This document shows, one piece after another, positions 17,947 to 27,439 of a DNA stretch of 64,000 nucleotides. The stretch's first letter is position 1, and each line of letters begins with the position of its first letter. The stretch is taken from positions 1 through 64,000 of the IMG/VR virus record IMGVR_UViG_3300032316_000329; one strand, 5' to 3'. This DNA is from a virus. The notes under the pieces are model-generated. The model made no database searches, was not told the DNA's origin, and saw nothing but the letters and a program-made list of their open reading frames with translations. A program made the position numbers and the translations under genes.

Positions 17947-19842
17947 ATGGACAGTTTATATCAAGAGTTTATTTACAAAAGCAGATATTCACGTTATCTA
18001 CCTGAATTGAATAGAAGAGAAAATTGGGAGGAAACAGTTGAACGCTATCTTACCTTTATGCATAATCACCTCACCAGTAATTATAGCTATGATATGGGTC
18101 CTGTTCGTGAGAAGGTAAAGAAAGCAATTATTGACCTCAAGGTTATGCCATCTATGAGAGCATTGATGACCTCCGGTAAGGCATTAGAAAGAGACAACAC
18201 TTGTGGTTATAACTGTTCGTTTCTTCCTATTGATGACCCTAAGGCCTTTGATGAGGCTATGTTTATTTTATTATGTGGCACAGGTGTTGGGTTCTCCGTT
18301 GAACGGCAGTTTATCAATCAGTTGCCAGAGATTCCAGAAAAACTATTTGACTCTGAAACCGTAATCGTCGTAAGAGACAGTAAGGAAGGATGGGCAAAGG
18401 CTCTCCGTATGCTTATTGCGCTTCTCTATACGGGCGAAGTTCCAAAGTGGGACCTGGCCAAGGTTCGACCGGCAGGTGCTCCTCTAAAGACATTTGGTGG
18501 TCGTTCATCTGGACCAGGCCCACTTTCGGAACTATTTAAGTTTACTGTTAAGATGTTCCGCAATGCTCATGGTCGCCGTCTTACCTCACTTGAATGTCAT
18601 GATATCATGTGTAAGATTGGAGAGGTTGTGGTGGTCGGTGGTGTGCGTCGGTCTGCTATGATATCACTATCTAATCTATCAGATGACCGTATGCGTCACG
18701 CTAAGGCAGGTGCATGGTGGGAAGCAAACCCACAGAGAGCGTTATCAAACAACTCAGCCGTGTATAATGAGAAACCAGAAATCGGTTCATTCATGTCCGA
18801 GTGGGTATCACTATACGAGTCAAAATCAGGTGAGAGAGGATTATTCAGTCGTGAAGCATGTCAGAAAATTGCTAAACGAAATGGACGCCGAGACCACGAA
18901 CAAAATTTTGGAACAAACCCATGTTCTGAAATCATCCTTAGACCATACGGTTTCTGTAATCTTACAGAGGTCGTCATACGAGCAGCCGATACTATTGAGG
19001 ATGTTAAAGAAAAGATTGAGGTTGCTACTATACTCGGTACTTTCCAATCTACTTTAACAGACTTTCCTTATCTAAGAAAGATTTGGGTTAAGAACGCCGA
19101 AGAAGAAAGACTGCTTGGTGTTTCTTTTACAGGTATCTATGACTCCAAACTATTCAACAACCCACACGATAAAGAGATTAAGGCACGCCTTGCTTCTCTA
19201 CGTGATTATGCTATTGAGGTAAACAATGGACTCGCAACTACTCTTGGAATCAATCCCTCTGCTGCTATTACTTGCGTTAAACCTTCTGGTACTGTATCTC
19301 AACTATGCGATTCGGCCAGTGGTATCCACCCTCGCCATTCTAACTTCTATATTCGTCGTGTTCGGGCTGATAATAAAGATCCTCTCACACGGTTTATGAA
19401 AGACAAAGGTGTGCCTTGGGAACCAGATGTTATGAAGCCTGAGTCCACAACTGTATTCTCTTTCCCAATGAAAGCACCAAAGGGCGCAGTAGTAAGAGAC
19501 GATATTGACGCAATCAAGCACCTGGAGCTATGGGCAGTCTACCAAGAGGCATGGTGTGAGCATAAGCCATCCGTCACCATCAATGTTAAAGAAGATGATT
19601 GGATGGACGTGGGTGCGTGGGTGTATCGTCACTTTGATGAAATGTCCGGTGTGTCATTTTTGCCACACGATGGAGGCAGTTATCGCCAGGCACCTTATGA
19701 GGAAATCTCTAAGGACCTTTATGAAGCAATGCTGCCAACTATACCAACTCATTTGGATTGGGACACTCTACAAGAGTTTGAGGACAATGTGGAAGGTGTC
19801 CAAACTTTAGCATGTACCGCTGCTGGAGGATGTGAGATATGA
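17947..19842 (+). CDS. nrdJ: Class II (B12-dependent) ribonucleotide reductase
   Basis: MPSMRA, YNCSF, TNPCSEI, CNLTE, TCVKPSGT, C-terminal CxxxxCEI; no beta-subunit gene nearby. Confidence 0.9.
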   Translation: MDSLYQEFIYKSRYSRYLPELNRRENWEETVERYLTFMHNHLTSNYSYDMGPVREKVKKAIIDLKVMPSMRALMTSGKALERDNTCGYNCSFLPIDDPKAFDEAMFILLCGTGVGFSVERQFINQLPEIPEKLFDSETVIVVRDSKEGWAKALRMLIALLYTGEVPKWDLAKVRPAGAPLKTFGGRSSGPGPLSELFKFTVKMFRNAHGRRLTSLECHDIMCKIGEVVVVGGVRRSAMISLSNLSDDRMRHAKAGAWWEANPQRALSNNSAVYNEKPEIGSFMSEWVSLYESKSGERGLFSREACQKIAKRNGRRDHEQNFGTNPCSEIILRPYGFCNLTEVVIRAADTIEDVKEKIEVATILGTFQSTLTDFPYLRKIWVKNAEEERLLGVSFTGIYDSKLFNNPHDKEIKARLASLRDYAIEVNNGLATTLGINPSAAITCVKPSGTVSQLCDSASGIHPRHSNFYIRRVRADNKDPLTRFMKDKGVPWEPDVMKPESTTVFSFPMKAPKGAVVRDDIDAIKHLELWAVYQEAWCEHKPSVTINVKEDDWMDVGAWVYRHFDEMSGVSFLPHDGGSYRQAPYEEISKDLYEAMLPTIPTHLDWDTLQEFEDNVEGVQTLACTAAGGCEI

Positions 19843-20264
19843 ATAGGATTCCAAAATTAATCTATTTGACTGTTATTGTCTTTGCATTTTTAACGTGTGG
19901 TTTAAAAGCGAAGGCAGAAACATATATTACCATCAGCAAATCACAGCAAATGATGCAGGTTGATAGTGATTATGGTTCTTATCAGTGGCCGGTTTCAACG
20001 GCACGTAGGGGTTATTATACCCCTACGGGAACATTTCATCCATATTCTCTTCAACCAATGCACTACTCAAGGAAGTATGATAATGCGCCAATGCCACACT
20101 CTATTTTCTTTTCTGGTGGATATGCTATCCACGCTACTCCTCATACAGGTAATTTGGGCCGTCCTGCTTCTCATGGTTGCGTTCGTCTACACCCAAGTCA
20201 TGCCTCTACTCTCTATAACATTGTAAAGCATGACCCTGACACGACTATTCGTATCGTGCCTTAA
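19839..20264 (+). CDS. L,D-transpeptidase (YkuD family)
   Basis: WPVSTAR, YAIHAT...ASHGCVRL; N-terminal signal/TM. Confidence 0.9.
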   Translation: MNRIPKLIYLTVIVFAFLTCGLKAKAETYITISKSQQMMQVDSDYGSYQWPVSTARRGYYTPTGTFHPYSLQPMHYSRKYDNAPMPHSIFFSGGYAIHATPHTGNLGRPASHGCVRLHPSHASTLYNIVKHDPDTTIRIVP

Positions 20265-20301
20265 CTGTCATAAAACGGTTAATGTCGTTCCACTATAAAT
20301 A
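20265..20301 (+). promoter_or_regulatory. Pho box plus overlapping -10 / late promoter
   Basis: CTGTCATAAAACGGTTAA (20265-20282), 11 nt upstream of TATAAATA (20294). Confidence 0.6.
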
Positions 20302-20328
20302 TTGGTGCCTTTAACCGAAGGAGCGGAG

Positions 20329-21066
20329 TTGAGTAGTAAGAAGAAAAAATATAGAGCAATCTTTATATCCGATGTTCACCTTGGCACCAAATACTCTAAT
20401 GCTGAAAAGTTATTAGAGTTCCTCAAAGAAACTGAAGCTGAAAGATATTATCTCGTAGGAGATATCATTGATGGATGGATGATGCGAAAAAAAGTCTATT
20501 GGCCTCAGGCACACAATAACGTTGTCCAGTTTTTTCTGAAACAATCAAAAAAGACCGTTGAGGTTATCTTTGTTACTGGTAACCACGACGAGTTCCTTCG
20601 TGAATACACTGGAACAGAAATGGGTAACATTAAACTAGTGAATGAAGCAATACATCATGGCGAAAATGGTAAAAAATACCTTGTTATACACGGCGACCAG
20701 TTTGACCTTGTTACGATGAACGCCAAGTGGCTTGCCTTAATTGGTGGATGGTTGTATGATAGAATGATTGACTTGAATAGATATATGCAGAATATATATC
20801 ATATACTAGGTATACGTGGTTTTTCTCTCTCATCATGGGCAAAATCCAACGTTAAGGAGGCAGTAAACTTTATCGGTGACTACGAAAAGGTAGTTTCAAA
20901 TGCAGCCAAAAGGAGATGCGTCGATGGGGTTATTTGCGGTCATATACATTCTGTTAATATATCTACTATTTCTGATATTGAGTATATAAACTGTGGTGAT
21001 TGGGTAGAATCCTGCACCGCTATTGTTGAACACCATAATGGAAAGTTTGAGATAATAAGACGATGA
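20329..21066 (+). CDS. plcP: PlcP-type phospholipase C (LpxH-like metallophosphoesterase)
   Basis: FISDVHLG, LVGDIIDGW, GNHDE, IHGDQFD, CGHIH, NCGDWVESCTA; probable TTG start after AAGGAG. Confidence 0.8.
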   Translation: MSSKKKKYRAIFISDVHLGTKYSNAEKLLEFLKETEAERYYLVGDIIDGWMMRKKVYWPQAHNNVVQFFLKQSKKTVEVIFVTGNHDEFLREYTGTEMGNIKLVNEAIHHGENGKKYLVIHGDQFDLVTMNAKWLALIGGWLYDRMIDLNRYMQNIYHILGIRGFSLSSWAKSNVKEAVNFIGDYEKVVSNAAKRRCVDGVICGHIHSVNISTISDIEYINCGDWVESCTAIVEHHNGKFEIIRR

Positions 21067-22055
21067 GTAACATTACTATTTTTACCGATGCATGGGAACC
21101 ACAAATTAATGGTGTGGTCACCACCTTAAAGACAACTATTAAACATCTTGAAAGTCGTGGATACGAGGTCAAGGTGGTTCATCCTGGTATGTTTAAACTA
21201 ACCGTACCACTACAACCCTCAACTGGCATCTATATGCCGCTTTTGCCTATGGGACTTGCTGATGAATATGTCAAGAATGCCGAACATATACACATAGCAA
21301 CAGAAGGAAGCATAGGCCTTGCCGCAAGACATTATTGCAAAAAGTATAAAAGACGTTACACAACATCCTTTCATACTAGATATCCAGAGTACCTATATGA
21401 ACACGCTTATATTCCACCAAGAGTTACTAGCAGGTATTTTCGTTGGTTCCATAGAAACAGCGATTGTGTTATGGTACCTACCCCCGCCATGGTTGATTAC
21501 TGCACTAAAATGGGTATCAAACGAGTAAAGATATGGTCCCGTGGTGTTGATACAGACCTATTCAAACCATCGGATTGGACTAACGTAGGAACTATCCGAG
21601 CCGTTTATGTCGGTAGAGTATCGGCAGAAAAGAACCTAATTGAATACCTTGAGATAAGTAATCCAAATATTAGTAAATATGTTATTGGTGACGGGCCGCA
21701 ACTGGATGAATATAAAGCAAGATATACAGATGCTTATTTTCTCGGTCGTAAAACACAACAAGAAATTGCTGACCTTTTACCAGCATATGATGTGTTTGCC
21801 TGGCCTTCTCTAACTGATACATTTGGATTGGTTGTGTTAGAGGCCATGGCCTGTGGATTGCCTGTTGCTGGATTAGACAACGAGGTAAATAGATATATCA
21901 TTGAAGATGGTAAGTCAGGTATTCTATCAGATAGTTATCATTTTATGGAAGCAATTGTAAAGGCATCTAAACTTAAAAGAGAAGATGCTGTAGCAAGGGC
22001 GAAACAATTTTCATGGGAGGCGGCCACTGACCAGTTCATATCTAATTTAGTTTAA
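21063..22055 (+). CDS. GT4 glycosyltransferase (Agt-like diacylglycerol glycosyltransferase)
   Basis: TDAWEPQINGVVTTL, HIATEG, TTSFHTRYPEY, YVGRVSAEKNL, PSLTDTFGLVVLEAMACG. Confidence 0.85.
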   Translation: MSNITIFTDAWEPQINGVVTTLKTTIKHLESRGYEVKVVHPGMFKLTVPLQPSTGIYMPLLPMGLADEYVKNAEHIHIATEGSIGLAARHYCKKYKRRYTTSFHTRYPEYLYEHAYIPPRVTSRYFRWFHRNSDCVMVPTPAMVDYCTKMGIKRVKIWSRGVDTDLFKPSDWTNVGTIRAVYVGRVSAEKNLIEYLEISNPNISKYVIGDGPQLDEYKARYTDAYFLGRKTQQEIADLLPAYDVFAWPSLTDTFGLVVLEAMACGLPVAGLDNEVNRYIIEDGKSGILSDSYHFMEAIVKASKLKREDAVARAKQFSWEAATDQFISNLV

Positions 22056-22056
22056 C

Positions 22057-22416
22057 ATGACCGAATTGGATAAAATCCTATTAGAACAACTTCATATTGC
22101 CCGACATTTGGCAAAGAAAATGAGAAAGGCAAGGAGAGTTATGGGACTTGATTCCGCCCTCCTTACTCTTCAGGAAATGAATGGAAAGAGAATACAATAC
22201 TTAGAGTATATGATAGAGGATAAAACTTTACTACATAAGAAGATAAGGAAGAAAAGACAAAAAGATAATGACATATTGGCCAGGAGTACCTCATATGAGT
22301 GGTATAGAAACATCATGATAGTATCCAATATTGGTTATAAAATGATGGTAGAGTCCTTTCAGACCTATATGTCCTTCTTTAATAATAAGAAAGGTAAGAA
22401 TGATGGCATTCAGTAA
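22057..22416 (+). CDS. Hypothetical protein
   Basis: Contiguous ORF in operon. Confidence 0.6.
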   Translation: MTELDKILLEQLHIARHLAKKMRKARRVMGLDSALLTLQEMNGKRIQYLEYMIEDKTLLHKKIRKKRQKDNDILARSTSYEWYRNIMIVSNIGYKMMVESFQTYMSFFNNKKGKNDGIQ

Positions 22417-22630
22417 CGGTTCCCAAATACTAGACCAGATAATTGAAAATCTGGTAGATAGCGATGTTTCATATGATGATAGAAAGATTGTCTATGAAAT
22501 CTTGCTAGAGGTCTTTGAGGACTTTGATGCTAAAAATCTTGAAGAATGTTTAGATATGGATAAGGCCTGGGATGAGGTATGGAACGAGAAATATCCACCC
22601 GAGGTAGAAGATTATGAGGATGAAGAATGA
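22400..22630 (+). CDS. Small acidic protein
   Basis: SD GAAAGG; very D/E rich. Confidence 0.7.
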   Translation: MMAFSNGSQILDQIIENLVDSDVSYDDRKIVYEILLEVFEDFDAKNLEECLDMDKAWDEVWNEKYPPEVEDYEDEE

Positions 22631-22767
22631 CTGATTCGAAGAGTTACATTATAGGTTTTGGTATTGTTATTACTTTCATCTGTGCTGTTGTTACATATAT
22701 CCCACCTGGTATTCGTTGTTCTATGGTAGATAACGAAATAAAATGTGTGTCCATCCGCCTGTTCTAA
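22627..22767 (+). CDS. 46-aa membrane peptide
   Basis: ATGA overlap; one TM segment; below ORF-track cutoff. Confidence 0.45.
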   Translation: MTDSKSYIIGFGIVITFICAVVTYIPPGIRCSMVDNEIKCVSIRLF

Positions 22768-22776
22768 ATAGGTGCT

Positions 22777-23175
22777 ATGACATGGATACACAATAGAGAA
22801 CCCCTCACAGAAATTCCTGAAAATGCCATTGGTTTTGTTTACCTCATAACAAACCAAGCCAATGGTATGAAATACATCGGCAAGAAGAACTTTTACTTTT
22901 CTAAGACCAAGCAAGTCAAAGGTAAGAAGAAAAGAATAAAGGTCGAGTCTGATTGGAAAGAATATTATGGTTCCAATAAAACTCTTGTCGAACATGTCTC
23001 ACTATTCGGTGAGAATAAGTTCATTCGTGAAATAATCCACCTTTGCTATACTAAGGGGGAAATGACATATTACGAAACAAAGGCAATCTTTGCCGATGAT
23101 GCGGTTATTTCCGAAAAGTATTATAATGATTGGGTAATGTGCCGAGTAAGGAAAAATCATATAAAAAAGACTTGA
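22777..23175 (+). CDS. GIY-YIG (Seg-like) nuclease domain protein
   Basis: GFVYLITN..YIGKK..WKEYYGS..REI..YYN. Confidence 0.8.
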   Translation: MTWIHNREPLTEIPENAIGFVYLITNQANGMKYIGKKNFYFSKTKQVKGKKKRIKVESDWKEYYGSNKTLVEHVSLFGENKFIREIIHLCYTKGEMTYYETKAIFADDAVISEKYYNDWVMCRVRKNHIKKT

Positions 23176-23223
23176 CATTCCGTTCTTGAAGTGATAATAT
23201 GTAACATCATGAAAGGAAGCACT

Positions 23224-23463
23224 ATGAAAGTTGTTGTATATTCCAAAGATTCCTGTCCTTATTGCGTCAAGGCAATAAACCTCCTAGAAACCACCGACCT
23301 TGAGTTTGAGGTAATGAAACTTGAAGAACACTTTTCCCGTGAAGAACTCTTGGAATGGTATCCTTCTGCAAAAACTTTTCCTGTAATAACACTTGACAAC
23401 ATGTGGATAGGAGGATATAATGAGTTGGTAGAAGTTGTTGATGAATGGAAAAAGGAAGACTAA
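23224..23463 (+). CDS. nrdC: Glutaredoxin
   Basis: CPYC, TFPVI, IGGYNEL; promoter TTGACA-17-TAATAT at 23172. Confidence 0.9.
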   Translation: MKVVVYSKDSCPYCVKAINLLETTDLEFEVMKLEEHFSREELLEWYPSAKTFPVITLDNMWIGGYNELVEVVDEWKKED

Positions 23464-23464
23464 A

Positions 23465-23719
23465 ATGAGTTTGTTTGATAAATATGCCTTGAAGGAAGAC
23501 TTGAAGAACGGCATTCATACGGTTGTCTTTGAAAAAACCGATGGTACAATCCGTGAAATGCGTTGTACCTTACAACCTGATATGTTGCCGCAGTTTTTGT
23601 CGGAAGTATCGGACCGAGTAAGGAATGAACCTGAAGGCACAGTTGCCGTTTGGGATGTTGATAATCAAGGATGGAGGTCATTTCGTGTTGATTCCGTCCA
23701 AACTGTATTGAAGGAATAG
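23465..23719 (+). CDS. WYL-like SH3-fold protein
   Basis: FEKTDGTIREMRCTL...VWDVDNQGWRSFRVD. Confidence 0.75.
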   Translation: MSLFDKYALKEDLKNGIHTVVFEKTDGTIREMRCTLQPDMLPQFLSEVSDRVRNEPEGTVAVWDVDNQGWRSFRVDSVQTVLKE

Positions 23720-23722
23720 ATA

Positions 23723-23815
23723 ATGCCGCATCCGCATAAAAATAGACCTCGCAAAGGTCGCCGAAAGATTGGTTCTGTTAAACGCAAAGCCCGTAACAAC
23801 CGTAAGAGGAAGTAA
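23723..23815 (+). CDS. 30-aa Arg/Lys-rich peptide MPHPHKNRPRKGRRKIGSVKRKARNNRKRK
   Basis: SD AAGGA; fills the gap exactly; TAATG coupling to the next gene. Confidence 0.7.
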   Translation: MPHPHKNRPRKGRRKIGSVKRKARNNRKRK

Positions 23816-24108
23816 TGTCACAAGATAATGGAATCTATGTGCTAGTTACAGAAAGTGATAATGGGCCTGAGTATCGTGTAAAGACGGCCTCGGCCATTGG
23901 TAACATTTATGGTGAATGGAATGATGAAAACGGAAAATATGATGGTAATCTAGACGCTATTAAAAATGTGTTCGCCGAGGCACCAGTGTTCTATACTCTA
24001 AACGAGGCACTGGACTATGCTGAACAAGAGGAATATGACGTAGGTACCACGGAAGATGGTATCTGTGTTATCAACGAGTTTAAGGACTATGGATACATCT
24101 TCGGATAA
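23815..24108 (+). CDS. Acidic hypothetical protein
   Basis: MSQDNGIYVL...TEDGI pattern. Confidence 0.7.
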   Translation: MSQDNGIYVLVTESDNGPEYRVKTASAIGNIYGEWNDENGKYDGNLDAIKNVFAEAPVFYTLNEALDYAEQEEYDVGTTEDGICVINEFKDYGYIFG

Positions 24109-24118
24109 GGAGACAGAA

Positions 24119-25225
24119 GTGAATAAATCAGCCGTTAAACGCCCTAAGTTTGCGGATGAAAAGTATATGGGTTCTGAGCCAACCGTAACCGCACTATCGT
24201 CGGAAACGGATATGACTCGGGCCTATAACTGGTTTAACTACTTTTATACCAGTGAAGATGCTAAGAAATTTACCATAACATACCTAAAGAGTATCAAGTA
24301 TGATGCAAAAATTATACGAAAACTTGAACTGGTCAAATGCGTTGAACTGCACTCCATCGGATGGAACTGCCGGTTACTCCAAAACGGATCTACTCTTCCA
24401 GAAGATGTATGGGAATCTATCGAAACCCGTATCAAAGAACTTGCCTCACAAGTCGTGGAAACATCGGAGACTGAGGAAGACCAACCGACGACCAAAGTCG
24501 TCTCGATTCAGGATCGTATAAACCACCGTGCTTCCGATTTGATTGGAGAACTGGAGGAGCAGTTAGATGTGTTCTTTAAAGAAGGAGTAATCCAGTTTGA
24601 CATTAAGAAGTGGTCCCTTGAGAAGGGAATTAAACCGCAAGTTGCGACGAGGATTGCAGAACACTTCCGTCCTCAATACGAAGAAATCACCGAGGCCCTT
24701 GAAGGTAAAGACCCAGACTTGGTGGAAGCGTATGCTGGCTGGCGTGCCCCTGTTCTCAAGGTTATGGCCGTTTTCATAAAGCGGATTATAGACTATCTTA
24801 ACAGCACTGCCGAAGCAGGCAAGGCTCTACGCAAACCTCGTAAGAAAAAGGTTAAACCACCGTCAGTATTGGTGGTAAAGATGAAATATCGTCCTGATTG
24901 GGCCGATCTAAATATTAACAGTATAGACCCGAAAGGAATCATCGGTGCTTCGCAACTTTGGGTTATCAATTCCAAAACTCGTAATCTTTCTGTTTACCAT
25001 TCCGTGGATCCTGATGGCCTTTCGGTCCGAGGGTCAACGATTACAGGATATGATGAGGTATCTTCTATCACTAAGAAAGTCCGTAAACCACGAGACATTG
25101 TTCCACAAGTTCTAAACGAAGGTAAGGTTGGTCTGCGTGGTATTATGAAGAGTTTAACAACCGCTGAAACACAGGCCAATGGTCGTATTAATACAGATAC
25201 AATCCTTTTGAGAGTGCTTAAATGA
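24119..25225 (+). CDS. Conserved T4-like hypothetical protein
   Basis: GTG start after AAGGAG; C-terminal NGRINTDTILLRV. Confidence 0.75.
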   Translation: MNKSAVKRPKFADEKYMGSEPTVTALSSETDMTRAYNWFNYFYTSEDAKKFTITYLKSIKYDAKIIRKLELVKCVELHSIGWNCRLLQNGSTLPEDVWESIETRIKELASQVVETSETEEDQPTTKVVSIQDRINHRASDLIGELEEQLDVFFKEGVIQFDIKKWSLEKGIKPQVATRIAEHFRPQYEEITEALEGKDPDLVEAYAGWRAPVLKVMAVFIKRIIDYLNSTAEAGKALRKPRKKKVKPPSVLVVKMKYRPDWADLNINSIDPKGIIGASQLWVINSKTRNLSVYHSVDPDGLSVRGSTITGYDEVSSITKKVRKPRDIVPQVLNEGKVGLRGIMKSLTTAETQANGRINTDTILLRVLK

Positions 25226-25329
25226 ATGTAGAAGCAATGGTATGGACTTGGATTTACACGGGTATGGCAGTAGGAGTAATATCAATCTTAATACTGCTAT
25301 GGGCAATATTTTTCGAAAACAAGGAATAA
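25222..25329 (+). CDS. 35-aa membrane peptide
   Basis: ATGA overlap; hydrophobic core. Confidence 0.45.
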   Translation: MNVEAMVWTWIYTGMAVGVISILILLWAIFFENKE

Positions 25330-25332
25330 CAA

Positions 25333-25734
25333 ATGACCGACAAGGTAATCGAGTTTCCAAAACATAAAGTTGTTCGTGACATTCCTGGTGAGGTATTCGA
25401 AGAGAGAAATCGTAAAGCAGACCAAAAAATGGCAGATGCTTTGGTTGATGACATGGCAGGATTAATTGCAACAGAGTTGGATAACTTTGACCTTGATGTT
25501 CAAAGTAAGAGCTTTGCCAAAGACTTTATCGTGGTTGTTGATGCTTTGAAATCCGTCATCTACCGCCAATTTGGACTCAAACATCATTTCCATGACTTTG
25601 CCGATAAGAACATTTCCATTATAGATGCCGATTTCGGAACTCTTTCAAAGGAAGAAATCCAGGATAAGATTGATGAGGTAATGGCAGACCTGGTTGCCAC
25701 AAAAGAAAAACTTGACAGCGAAGCAGAAGATTGA
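25333..25734 (+). CDS. Hypothetical protein
   Basis: SD AAGGA; MTDKVIEFPK start. Confidence 0.7.
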   Translation: MTDKVIEFPKHKVVRDIPGEVFEERNRKADQKMADALVDDMAGLIATELDNFDLDVQSKSFAKDFIVVVDALKSVIYRQFGLKHHFHDFADKNISIIDADFGTLSKEEIQDKIDEVMADLVATKEKLDSEAED

Positions 25735-25765
25735 TATAATACTATATCATCGTGAAGGAAACATT

Positions 25766-26626
25766 ATGTCTTATATGTTGATTGACCTCAACCAGGTGCT
25801 TATTAGTAACCTAATGCAGCACCTAAAAATGATTACCAAACAGCATGAAATGTCCGAAGACCTAATTCGGCATATGTGTATCAATACAATCCGTTCCAAT
25901 GTTAAGCAGTTTAAAAATAAGTATCCAAATGTAATTCTTTGCTGTGACAATAAGAAGTATTGGCGAAAAGAATTTTTCTCCTTCTATAAATCACAGCGTA
26001 AGGTAGATCGTGAGGCCTCAGGCCTTGACTGGTCTATGATTTTTGACACGCTGAACCGACTACGGGATGAAATGAAAGTATATTTTCCCTACAAGGTTCT
26101 TGATGTTGATGGTGCCGAGGCTGATGATGTGATTGCGGTCCTAACGGCACGACTGGCACCATCCTCCAATATTCTTATTTTATCATCTGACAAGGACTTT
26201 GGCCAGTTACAAAAGTATCCTAATGTAACCCAGTATTCTCCTATCCTTAAAAAGTTTATCAAGATTGATGACCCTAAGACATTCATCCGTGAACATGTTC
26301 TAAAAGGTGATCGTGGTGATGGTATTCCAAACTTTCTATCTCCTGATGACACATTTGCCAGAGGAGAACGTCAAAAGATACTAAATAGTAAGAAACTCCA
26401 GGAATGGGTGTCACAAGATGCGGAAACTTTCTGCACTACCGATATTATGCTTCGTGGTTTTAAGCGCAATCAAACTTTGGTTGATTTTGACTATATACCT
26501 GATGACATCCGAACCAGAATCGTGGAAGCCTTTGAAGAAACGAAACCTGCGAACAAAGAGAAGATGTTAAATTATTTCATCGACAAAGGTCTAAAAGTAA
26601 TGATCGAGTCGATTAGCGATTTCTGA
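25766..26626 (+). CDS. rnh: T4-type RNase H / 5'-3' flap exonuclease
   Basis: LIDLNQ, YWRK..YK..R, EADDVIA, SSDKDF.QL, GDRGDGIPN; promoter TTGACA-17-TATAAT at 25712. Confidence 0.92.
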   Translation: MSYMLIDLNQVLISNLMQHLKMITKQHEMSEDLIRHMCINTIRSNVKQFKNKYPNVILCCDNKKYWRKEFFSFYKSQRKVDREASGLDWSMIFDTLNRLRDEMKVYFPYKVLDVDGAEADDVIAVLTARLAPSSNILILSSDKDFGQLQKYPNVTQYSPILKKFIKIDDPKTFIREHVLKGDRGDGIPNFLSPDDTFARGERQKILNSKKLQEWVSQDAETFCTTDIMLRGFKRNQTLVDFDYIPDDIRTRIVEAFEETKPANKEKMLNYFIDKGLKVMIESISDF

Positions 26627-26633
26627 GGATAAA

Positions 26634-27068
26634 ATGGCAAATAAGAATATATATGAAATTTTTGACGACTTCAAGAAGGTTAAGAATAAAACGGACCGTA
26701 TTGAGGTTCTACATAAGAACGATTGTAAAGCACTCCGAGACGTATTGATCGGAGCATTCCATCCCTCTATTCAATTCACCGTTGATAAAATTCCAGATTT
26801 TAAGCGTGTTGCTATGCCTCCAGGTATGTCTTATGACCATATGTCTGGTGCCATGTCTCGTATCTACCTCTTTATGGCAAATAATCCAAGAGTTCCAGAA
26901 GGACTAACTGAAAAGCGTAAAATGGAAATTCTTATACAGATTTTAGAGTCCCTGGAAGAACAAGAGGCTGATGTGTTTATTAGTGTCTTGAAAAAAGATT
27001 TGAAAGTTCCATACCTAACGGCAGCATTAGTCAATGAAGCGTTCTCCGACCTACTACCACAATCGTAG
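26634..27068 (+). CDS. Conserved T4-like hypothetical protein
   Basis: KRKMEILIQILESL..EAD..KKDL; typical neighbour of rnh. Confidence 0.7.
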   Translation: MANKNIYEIFDDFKKVKNKTDRIEVLHKNDCKALRDVLIGAFHPSIQFTVDKIPDFKRVAMPPGMSYDHMSGAMSRIYLFMANNPRVPEGLTEKRKMEILIQILESLEEQEADVFISVLKKDLKVPYLTAALVNEAFSDLLPQS

Positions 27069-27438
27069 ATTATTAAAAGAACTTGCCAGTGAAAACACCG
27101 AGTTCCGTCCAAAGAAAAAAGATGTTGAAGAATGGTTTGACATTCTCAACGAACAAATCTTTGGAAATAAACTCGAACCTTTTCCTGAGATAAGAGTTAA
27201 GAAATCCACATGGTATCATGCCATGTTTTACTACTGGACTGAAAAAGAAGAACAAGATCCTGAATTGGAAATCCATAACTGTTTCAAAAACAAAAAACTA
27301 TTTGTAGAGATATTAGCACACGAAATGGTACACTATTTTCAGCATACATATAATGAACCAGTTGGCCATGGACCATCGTTCATGGCTTGGAGTGATAACT
27401 TTAAACTTAGAGGACTAATACTTTATAAGGTGGCATGA
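27034..27438 (+). CDS. SprT-like metalloprotease
   Basis: FDILNEQIFGNKL, LAHEMVHYFQ, GHGPSF. Confidence 0.8.
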   Translation: MKRSPTYYHNRRLLKELASENTEFRPKKKDVEEWFDILNEQIFGNKLEPFPEIRVKKSTWYHAMFYYWTEKEEQDPELEIHNCFKNKKLFVEILAHEMVHYFQHTYNEPVGHGPSFMAWSDNFKLRGLILYKVA

Positions 27439-27439
27439 C

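Noticed and set aside
17254-19842. Introns or inteins in thyX/nrdJ
   Set aside because: Both ORFs are continuous and of ordinary length with no splice motifs
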